From positions 1 through 44,223 of the forward strand of contig CBFDDY010000002.1 in the NCBI GenBank assembly GCA_965603705.1: DNA of 44,223 nt. The letters run 5' to 3'. Positions 15,596-23,062 of this stretch are shown in pieces. The DNA comes from an uncultured bacterium. GTDB lineage: Bacteria > Acidobacteriota > Aminicenantia > Aminicenantales > Aminicenantaceae. Every line of letters begins with the position of its first letter. Position 1 is the stretch's first letter. Below the pieces are notes generated by a model. That model saw only the letters and a program-made list of their open reading frames with translations, was not told the origin of the DNA and did no database searches. The position numbers and the translations under genes are program-made.

Positions 15596-18133
15596 ATGAA
15601 TAAATCAATGAAAAACAAAAAAATATTCTTTTTTACAAATTTCATTTTATACTTTCTTTTCTCCTCCCTTCTATTTGGGCAAGGATATGTAAATATCTCA
15701 CAGACGAATGAATTCTCAGAATTACCCTTTGTTTTAGCACTCCCCAACGGGGAAGTGATGGTAGCCTGGGAAGAAGGCGTTAATAGTTTTAACAGCTCTG
15801 GAGTGATCTGGTACAAAATTTACAACAAAAATACAGGGTGGTCAACAGCAAAAATTGCAGCTAAAAAGAAATATTGCGCGGCTTTTCCCCAGCTTGCAGT
15901 TGACAATAACGGTACTGTGCATATGGCCTATATGGATGGAGCTGGTTCTGGTAACCGGGAGATCTATTATAAAAAATATGTCAATAACAACTGGTCTGCC
16001 AGCGAAATGGTTTATTATAGCCCCGTACTTAATTCATCCTGGCCCAGGATTCAAGTAGAAGGAAACAAGATCTATGTCTTATGGTGTCATAATTATTCTC
16101 CCCCGGGTGCACCCGAAGATAAATTAGACGTTGTCTTAATAGAAAAAACAAATGGAGGATCCTGGCCTTCAACATACCAAAATATTTCAAAGCACAGCAA
16201 TTCTGTTTCTGTGCATCCTTTTTTTCAAGTAAAAAACGGTAATGTTTACGCTGTCTGGATGGATGATAACCATCTGCATGCCAACTGGAATATTTACTAT
16301 AATGAAAGAATAAACGGCTACTGTGGAAATCCCGTCCGCCTAAATCCTGGGCCAAATCAATATACTCCAGCTTTAGCTGTAGATAACAATGAAAGCGTTC
16401 ATGTTATCTATACTAACAAAGTAAATCCTATCTGGTACCAGAAAAAAAGCGAAAGCGGCTGGTCCTCTCCTAAACAAATATCAACTCAAAGAACTTCGCA
16501 ACAGTCCATGCTCTTTATGAAATACAGCATGGGACTGCTACATGGAGTCTGGAGACAGCGGGAAGGTGATGGTAACTATATGTATTACGGTCGGGGGACC
16601 ACCAGTGGAAACTGGGACACTCCCATTAAAGTCTCTCATGGAGGCCACTCCGAATACCCGGGCCTGGATGTGGACAGTCAAGGAAAAGTTCATATTGTCT
16701 ACAGTGATATAGGAATGGGAGGTGACCGAGATGTATTTTATGTTCAACTCGACCAACTCACTACTTACCCGGTGGCCTCTTTCACAGCCATGCCAACTAA
16801 GGGTGATCCACCTCTTTATGTAAATTTTGATGCCTCGGAATCTTATGATCCGGATGGAAATATTGTTTCTTATGAATGGGACTTTGGAGACGGAAACCAA
16901 GACACCGGCATAAGCACCAGTCACACATACACCAATAGAGGTGTCCTCACTGCCACTCTGACTGTAACGGATAATGATGAAAACTCCTCCTCAAGCTCCC
17001 AGGAAATAATTATAGGAACACCACCTGTAGCAGATTTTTCCGCTTCTCCCACGGCTGGGGCTTCTCCCTTGACAGTTAATTTTGATGCTTCAGAATCCTA
17101 TGATCCAGATGGAAATATTGTTTCTTTTCACTGGGATTTTGGAGACAGCACCTCAGGTTCCGGCAAAGCTACCACTCATACATACACCAGTTTAGCTACC
17201 AGAACAGCAACCCTGACAGTCACTGATGATGAGGGCTTGACAGACCAGGCTTCAATAGAGATTGAGATCTCCTCTAACCCAGTAGCTATAATTAAATACT
17301 CCCCTAAAACAGGAGAACCTCCTTTAAAAGTAGATTTTGATGCTTCAAACTCAAAACCAGGGAACAAAAAGGAGGGCTCAGTAGAAAAATACGAATGGGA
17401 CTTCGGGGATGGGAAAAGCGGTTTCGGGAAAAAAATCTCACACACTTTTACAAGATCAAAAACCTTTACAGTCACATTAGAGATCACGGATGACCAGGGC
17501 ATAAATAATTCAACAACAGTTGACGTTGAAGTTTACTCCAAACCTGTTGCCAGTTTTTCCTGTTCAACTTTGGAAGGCATTGCTCCAATTAAAATCTCAT
17601 TTAATGCTTCCGAATCTTCTGATGAAGACGGAAATATCAGTATTTATAAATGGCTGTTCGGAGACGGGACAATAGGATATGGGAAAACCGCAGCACATAC
17701 ATATACTACAGGTGGTTCCTTTAAGATCACTCTTACTGTTATCGATAATGACGGTTGGACTGGAACAGCAACCCAAATCATAACAATAATAGAAAAACCA
17801 TACCCGCCTTTAAATCTGACATTGAAACATATAGTTAACAACGGCCTTTTCTTTACAGATTATATCAATCTGCTGGAATGGCAAAATAACAACATAAATA
17901 CAGGGAAGATAAGACCTGCAAAATACCTGATCTACTGCAAAAAAGAAAACTCAAACCAGGGCTTTATCTATATCGGTAAAGTCGACAACAATATTTTTAA
18001 ATTTGAAATATTAAATCTTTCTTCTGAAGAAGACATGAAAAGTTATATATATGGAATCCGAACACTTGACTGGCAGGGCCGCGAAAGTGAGATGAGAATA
18101 GTTAAATCCAGCTCCTCATCTACCCTAAATTAG
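15596..18133 (+). CDS. Secreted protein: sialidase/BNR-like propeller region, four PKD domains, C-terminal Fn3-like module
   Basis: Signal peptide (IFFFTNFILYFLFSSLLFGQ). Blade-like repeats end in VHMAYMDG, IYVLWCHNY, VYAVWMDDNH, VHVIYTNK, LHGVWRQ and VHIVYSD. There are four PKD signatures (WDFGDG / WLFGDG ... HTYT). The terminal module starts PYPPLNL. Confidence 0.85.
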   Translation: MNKSMKNKKIFFFTNFILYFLFSSLLFGQGYVNISQTNEFSELPFVLALPNGEVMVAWEEGVNSFNSSGVIWYKIYNKNTGWSTAKIAAKKKYCAAFPQLAVDNNGTVHMAYMDGAGSGNREIYYKKYVNNNWSASEMVYYSPVLNSSWPRIQVEGNKIYVLWCHNYSPPGAPEDKLDVVLIEKTNGGSWPSTYQNISKHSNSVSVHPFFQVKNGNVYAVWMDDNHLHANWNIYYNERINGYCGNPVRLNPGPNQYTPALAVDNNESVHVIYTNKVNPIWYQKKSESGWSSPKQISTQRTSQQSMLFMKYSMGLLHGVWRQREGDGNYMYYGRGTTSGNWDTPIKVSHGGHSEYPGLDVDSQGKVHIVYSDIGMGGDRDVFYVQLDQLTTYPVASFTAMPTKGDPPLYVNFDASESYDPDGNIVSYEWDFGDGNQDTGISTSHTYTNRGVLTATLTVTDNDENSSSSSQEIIIGTPPVADFSASPTAGASPLTVNFDASESYDPDGNIVSFHWDFGDSTSGSGKATTHTYTSLATRTATLTVTDDEGLTDQASIEIEISSNPVAIIKYSPKTGEPPLKVDFDASNSKPGNKKEGSVEKYEWDFGDGKSGFGKKISHTFTRSKTFTVTLEITDDQGINNSTTVDVEVYSKPVASFSCSTLEGIAPIKISFNASESSDEDGNISIYKWLFGDGTIGYGKTAAHTYTTGGSFKITLTVIDNDGWTGTATQIITIIEKPYPPLNLTLKHIVNNGLFFTDYINLLEWQNNNINTGKIRPAKYLIYCKKENSNQGFIYIGKVDNNIFKFEILNLSSEEDMKSYIYGIRTLDWQGRESEMRIVKSSSSSTLN
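16766..17793 (+). repeat. Intragenic array of four PKD-domain coding units (~255 nt each)
   Basis: Units 1 and 2 share about 87% identity over the ~70 nt compared by eye (16823-16892 versus 17078-17147), with a 255-nt offset. Units 3 and 4 are much more diverged. Confidence 0.8.
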
Positions 18134-18291
18134 TCACAAGTCGAGGTTGCCGCAGATATGAAAAATCAGAAAGAACAGGAAAAACAGAAACTTCAGAAAA
18201 AACAGAAAATGGTAAAAGATTTGTATCTTATGAAATTCTGATGTGGCTGAAGCGACATTGAAGATTTAGCCTTCTGATCTGAAATATGATC

Positions 18292-18324
18292 CTGGATTAT
18301 TCATGTGTTGTATGAATAATCCAG
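18292..18324. promoter_or_regulatory. Perfect 13-bp inverted repeat with 7-nt spacer (operator or hairpin)
   Basis: CTGGATTATTCAT-gtgttgt-ATGAATAATCCAG. No T-tract follows. It ends 5 nt before a TTGACA at 18330-18335 (candidate -10 TAATAA at 18354-18359, N18) upstream of the ATG at 18370. Confidence 0.45.
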
Positions 18325-18369
18325 ATACATTGACAGCATACTTCCAAATATAGTAATAAAGAAGAAACA

Positions 18370-20499
18370 ATGCCTCCTAAAAAACTATCTGTCATATTTC
18401 TAGTGCTTGTCTTCACCGGAATCTTCTCGCTAAGACTGATTCATCTAGGAGCTGACCCCCCCCACAACCTCAGCAACAGTATGGGATATATGTCAGACCC
18501 GGGAGGATACGTTCATAATGCCCGGAATAAAACCGTCTTTGACAAGTGGGAAATGGACCTATGGAACCCGATGTATATAAGCCCTCTGCCCCATTATATC
18601 ACCTATATTATTTTTTATGTACTAGGGCCTGGAATCGCTCAAATGAATATAGTCCCTGCCCTTTTCAGCTGCCTTATTCTGATATTTTCATTCTTATTAT
18701 TTAAAAGAAATAATAATACTATATTTGCATTCATCGGGATTATTCTACTTGGAGTCAATTATCAGTTTACAATGTTCAGCAGGATTGCAGTAAGAGTGAT
18801 GCCAATGCTGCTTTTCGTTGTATTAGTATTATTTTTCCTTGATACAAAACAAAAAAAAAATCGGATGATATTTCTGGCCGGATCAATAGCATTTATTTCT
18901 TTCACTGTAAAGGGAACTTTTCTTCAAATTTTGCCATCTATTATAATCGGTCTGGCTTTATATATCTTTTTCCAAAAACAAAAAAAAATAATTAAAGTAA
19001 TCCAACCTTTAGCTGTCTTTCTTCTTGGGCTAACTCTCCTATTTTCGCTCTGGATCTTAAGTCTCTATCTTCCTAATAAGGAAATGGTAGCTGCTTACGG
19101 GGGAGAGAATATCAAGTGGCTAACACCAAGGGGATTATCAGATGTTCTTGTTAACTTTTGGAAAAGGCCTCTTTTCTTCTTTAATGAAATGCCGGTTATT
19201 TCTCTATTATCCACTTTATATCTCCTAATAGTTTTTTATAGGATAAGTTCTTCACCCAGGAAGGTACCTCTTTTAGACTGGATTTTTAGCCTGTGGATAA
19301 TCACAAATACATTGTACTATTCTATAATTTTTTACCATCCAGCCAGACATTTTGTTCCGTTAGTTATCCCTCTAATATTTTTAGCCACAGGCTTTCTAAA
19401 ACAGCTCGGCAATTTAAAAGCTATAAAAAAACCTAAAAAAATCCCTTTGCTTTTTTATCCATTCATTTTTTTCTGGTTAATTTTCCCTTTGAGCTGTATT
19501 CAAATTATTAACTCAAGACCTTTAACAATTTCTGAAATGAAGACAAAATTAATCATTGTCTTTATCATATCTTTTATACTGACTGCAGTAACTTTTTTGC
19601 TTATCCGCTTATGGCCCAGCAACTTGAGAATCTCTCTCTCCAAATCAATCCGTATCAGTATGATCACAACTCTGGTTGCGGCATCTATTTTTGTAAACAT
19701 GAAACCTTTTTTACACTGGGCTCTTAATCCCAGTTTCCATATCAGGAATATTTCCCGGGATTTCGGCAAAGCCTATGACAATATGGTTATTGCCGGGCTT
19801 CTTTCCCCGATCATATCATTAGAAAACGGTTATGAAGCTCATCCCTATCGCACAAACTATATTAATCCATATCCTGATTTCCTGCAAAAATTCAATATAA
19901 GCCACATCTTCCTCACAATCCATGCCGGCGGGATTGAGAAGAAGCAATATCAGAGTGAGTTTCCTATGAGCATGCAAAAAGCTAAGCTTGTAGCCAGATA
20001 CCAACTCTGGAAAACCTATGCTGAACTTTATGATATCCAGCCGAAACTGCCAAAACAGAGCAGCCCTGATACGTATGAAGGAGAAATATTTTTCGGAAAA
20101 GGCGGCATTCCCCGTTTCGATATTAATGCGGCAGGAAAATTCGCCTTTCTGTTTGAAAAAAACCGAGAAGAGGGCCTTGCCCAATTAACCGGGAAAGAAT
20201 ATGCCCGAGGTAAGTATCAAGCGGTTTTCCGCTTAAAGGCAACCAAAACCTCAGGAGTGAAGGAAGATCGGTTGGCCAGGATATATATTCTTTCTAAAAA
20301 AAAAGAAAAGCTGATCGCATATAAAGACTTGTATTTGAGAGATATTTCCCCAGCTGGAAAGTATTGTGATATTAAACTCCCCTTTAAATTGAATAAAAAA
20401 AGAGAAATCACATTAAAAATTTATTCGCCGGGAAAAGTCAATCTATGGGTGGATAAGGTTAATATTCAGACCCTAAGCCTAATCCTGAATAGCCGATAA
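18370..20499 (+). CDS. GT-C fold membrane glycosyltransferase family protein (ArnT/PMT, GT39/GT83-like) with C-terminal soluble domain
   Basis: 709 aa with about 12 or more TM helices. The N-terminal block RLIHLGADPPHNLSNSMGYMSDPGGYVHNARNKTVFDKW is typical of this family's first periplasmic loop. A ~230-aa non-hydrophobic C-terminal domain follows. Confidence 0.65.
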   Translation: MPPKKLSVIFLVLVFTGIFSLRLIHLGADPPHNLSNSMGYMSDPGGYVHNARNKTVFDKWEMDLWNPMYISPLPHYITYIIFYVLGPGIAQMNIVPALFSCLILIFSFLLFKRNNNTIFAFIGIILLGVNYQFTMFSRIAVRVMPMLLFVVLVLFFLDTKQKKNRMIFLAGSIAFISFTVKGTFLQILPSIIIGLALYIFFQKQKKIIKVIQPLAVFLLGLTLLFSLWILSLYLPNKEMVAAYGGENIKWLTPRGLSDVLVNFWKRPLFFFNEMPVISLLSTLYLLIVFYRISSSPRKVPLLDWIFSLWIITNTLYYSIIFYHPARHFVPLVIPLIFLATGFLKQLGNLKAIKKPKKIPLLFYPFIFFWLIFPLSCIQIINSRPLTISEMKTKLIIVFIISFILTAVTFLLIRLWPSNLRISLSKSIRISMITTLVAASIFVNMKPFLHWALNPSFHIRNISRDFGKAYDNMVIAGLLSPIISLENGYEAHPYRTNYINPYPDFLQKFNISHIFLTIHAGGIEKKQYQSEFPMSMQKAKLVARYQLWKTYAELYDIQPKLPKQSSPDTYEGEIFFGKGGIPRFDINAAGKFAFLFEKNREEGLAQLTGKEYARGKYQAVFRLKATKTSGVKEDRLARIYILSKKKEKLIAYKDLYLRDISPAGKYCDIKLPFKLNKKREITLKIYSPGKVNLWVDKVNIQTLSLILNSR

Positions 20500-20565
20500 T
20501 CTTTTCTTTATTTGTGAATTCTTTTCTGCAATGAATTTTCCGGGGGCAGATATAAACTTGTGGCT

Positions 20566-22821
20566 TCAGTTAATATAATCGCTTTCATTTCCCTGGTCAT
20601 CAACAGCAGTTACAGCATAAACATACCCGGCAGCTTCTTGAGCATTATTAAATTTCCGGTCCTCATATAAAAATTCTTCTGCGGAAACTTCGCCTACAAA
20701 AACAAATTGGCTGTCATTCTGTGCTTTGCGATAGATCCTGTATTGGGATAGAGTAAATAATCCGGAATTTCCAGGATTTTCGTCCCAGGATATCTTATTA
20801 ATATAATCTACAAACAGGAATGTTTTGTTCACAAGTCTTTCCACAGTAACATTTTGCGGCGCTAGAGGTTTATCCAAAACACGGATCTCGGTTGTGGTAG
20901 TATCAGTAACACCATCATCATCCATGGCCGTCAGTACTACCAAGAAAGTTCCTGCAGTTGAATAAGTGTGAACGGTTTCCTCTGAATCACCGGTCATCCC
21001 ATCTCCGAAATCCCAATGATAAGATTCTACCTGGCCATCGACATCGGCAGAAGCACTGGCATCAAAACTAACCTCAAGAGGAGCAATCCCAATTTCGGGA
21101 GAAGCAGTAAAAGATGCTTCCGGTTTCTGGTAAACAATAATCATCTGGGAGGCAGTTCCGGATTTTCCATCATTATCGGTTACTTTAAGGGTAGCCGTAA
21201 AATCTCCCCCAGTCTCATAAGTATGATTTGCTGTTATGCCGGTACCCGAAGTGCCATCGCCAAAATCCCATTTATACCAAACGATCTCTCCATCAAAATC
21301 AGAAGAGCTCGAACCATCAAATAAAACTGTTAGCGGTATCATTCCCATAGTAGCGGAAACACTTATAGTCGCTATCGGTTTTCCAGTCGAAACTACAATA
21401 TCAACCTGGTCAGTTCCTACCCGCAGATCATCGTCAATAACACTCAATTTAACCAGAAAGGTTCCTTCTTCTGTAAATGTATGCGTGACATTTTTACCCA
21501 TTGCACTTGTGCCATCGCCAAAATTCCACCTGTACTCCTCGATTTTTCCATCCGCATCTGAAGATTGAGCAGCGTTAAAATTAACTGTTAAAGGAACAAG
21601 CCCTTCATAAACCGAAGCACTAATAACCGCAGAAGGCGGCTCTCCGGGAAGCTCGACTTTCGTGTAATATATATGCCGGGGGCGGTCTTCATACCCATCA
21701 CTCCAAACAACATGAACATCTCCATTAGCATCCACATCAAGGACAGGATAGCCGGGAAAAATCTGTCCATCGGCAATCATTACCGGCTCTGCCCAAGTAC
21801 CATCCGGCAGAGCTCTGCCGTAAAAGAGTCCTTCTCCATTGGAAGCCGTTTGCCTCCAGACAGTATGCAGGAGGCCATGCGAATATTTCATGAATAAGAT
21901 CATAAAAAATGAGGCGCCTCCAGTGCTAATTGATTTCTTACTTGACCAGTTGCTTCCAGTTTTTTGGGCATACCAAACAGGACCATTCTTATTCGAATAT
22001 ATAAGATGGACATCCCCCATATCATCAAGATCCAAGGCCGGGCCATATTGATTTACTCCTGGAAAAAGTTGGGTGGCTTTTTTCCAGTTCCAATCATCCT
22101 TGCCTTCATCATACATTCCTTCTGTATAATATATATTCCAATTTCCGTGTTTATGATCATCATCTACCCAGGCACAATAAATATTTTTATCTCTGACTTG
22201 AAAAAAGTTATGCACAGAAGCGGATGGAGCCGTATTTGAAACCGTCTTTCTCTGAGCCTTAGGAACAGGCCAGTCCCCTCCTACTTCATTCGTAACCATG
22301 ACCACATCCGTAAAGCCTATACTAGGATTATAATTATGGGTCCAGACTATATACATTATATCATCTTCTATTCTAAGCCGAGGCCAACTAGAATTTACGC
22401 CAGCACTGTCATATACTAGGGTTTTATTACTCCAGTTATCCTTGTCCACATCATAATTGGCATAATAAATATCCCGGTGGGGAGATGAATTGCCATCCAT
22501 GCAGACCATATGGACTTTTCCAGTGCTATCCAGAGCCAGCTGGGCGAAGGAAGAGGAACTTGTCTTTTTTACCGCTTTCTCAGCGGTTGACCAGTTGCCT
22601 GTGCTCTGAGAATATCTTTTATATAAAAGTTCAGCATCCGCATTGAAATGATGCCCTTCATTAAAGACAACTAAAAAATCCCCATTTTCCAGGACTAAAA
22701 TAAAAGGCATTTCAGCCTGTCCCTGACTTTTATGAAGCCTTACTACATCGGCTTCTAAAGACAGATAAGTCAGGCATGAAAACAACAATAAAAGCGATAG
22801 AGATTTAACAGTTTTTTTCAT
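20566..22821 (-). CDS. Secreted protein paralogous to 15596-18133: propeller region, three PKD domains, C-terminal Fn3-like module
   Basis: By eye the propeller region is roughly 45% identical to 15596-18133 (for example NSSWPR, NWNIYY, LFMKYS-GLLH-VWRQ). There are three W-FGDG PKD signatures. The start is set at the ATG at 22821 (MKKTVKSLSLLLLFSC) because GGAGG lies 8 nt upstream. The ORF track extends to 22860. Confidence 0.85.
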   Translation of the reverse strand: MKKTVKSLSLLLLFSCLTYLSLEADVVRLHKSQGQAEMPFILVLENGDFLVVFNEGHHFNADAELLYKRYSQSTGNWSTAEKAVKKTSSSSFAQLALDSTGKVHMVCMDGNSSPHRDIYYANYDVDKDNWSNKTLVYDSAGVNSSWPRLRIEDDIMYIVWTHNYNPSIGFTDVVMVTNEVGGDWPVPKAQRKTVSNTAPSASVHNFFQVRDKNIYCAWVDDDHKHGNWNIYYTEGMYDEGKDDWNWKKATQLFPGVNQYGPALDLDDMGDVHLIYSNKNGPVWYAQKTGSNWSSKKSISTGGASFFMILFMKYSHGLLHTVWRQTASNGEGLFYGRALPDGTWAEPVMIADGQIFPGYPVLDVDANGDVHVVWSDGYEDRPRHIYYTKVELPGEPPSAVISASVYEGLVPLTVNFNAAQSSDADGKIEEYRWNFGDGTSAMGKNVTHTFTEEGTFLVKLSVIDDDLRVGTDQVDIVVSTGKPIATISVSATMGMIPLTVLFDGSSSSDFDGEIVWYKWDFGDGTSGTGITANHTYETGGDFTATLKVTDNDGKSGTASQMIIVYQKPEASFTASPEIGIAPLEVSFDASASADVDGQVESYHWDFGDGMTGDSEETVHTYSTAGTFLVVLTAMDDDGVTDTTTTEIRVLDKPLAPQNVTVERLVNKTFLFVDYINKISWDENPGNSGLFTLSQYRIYRKAQNDSQFVFVGEVSAEEFLYEDRKFNNAQEAAGYVYAVTAVDDQGNESDYIN

Positions 22822-22850
22822 GTAGGATTCCTCCATTTCTAAAGTTGGTA

Positions 22851-22879
22851 ACATTAGCATTAAAACTTTTTTTTGTCAA
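22851..22879 (-). promoter_or_regulatory. Sigma70-like promoter TTGACA-N17-TAATGT
   Basis: On the minus strand, TTGACA is the complement of 22874-22879. A 17-nt spacer follows, then TAATGT (complement of 22851-22856). This lies about 30 nt upstream of the ATG at 22821. Confidence 0.5.
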
Positions 22880-23062
22880 CTTAAGGGCTCTTCTTTGTCA
22901 ATGCCATATAGAAATGCCCGATTGTGTCATTGACTCGGGGTGTCTGTTATATCTAGTATTGTTTATAAAGCAGTTCATGGAGTGAAAGTTTGATGAAACT
23001 GAGAGCCAATCGACATCAGCAAATCGCTGGATGATTGGATATATAAATAAACTGGCTAGATC

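Noticed and set aside
16766-17793. Periodic ~255-nt repeats that could be mistaken for a CRISPR-like or satellite array.
   Set aside because: They are in-frame PKD-domain coding units inside a long ORF. The unit length and divergence are inconsistent with CRISPR repeats and spacers.
3265-22821. PEP-CTERM, LPXTG or T9SS C-terminal sorting signals on the four secreted proteins. The deacetylase/ligase pair recalls exosortase-linked EPS loci.
   Set aside because: None of the C-termini shows a PEP motif followed by a TM helix and an Arg-rich tail, nor an LPXTG motif. No exosortase or sortase gene is present in the window.
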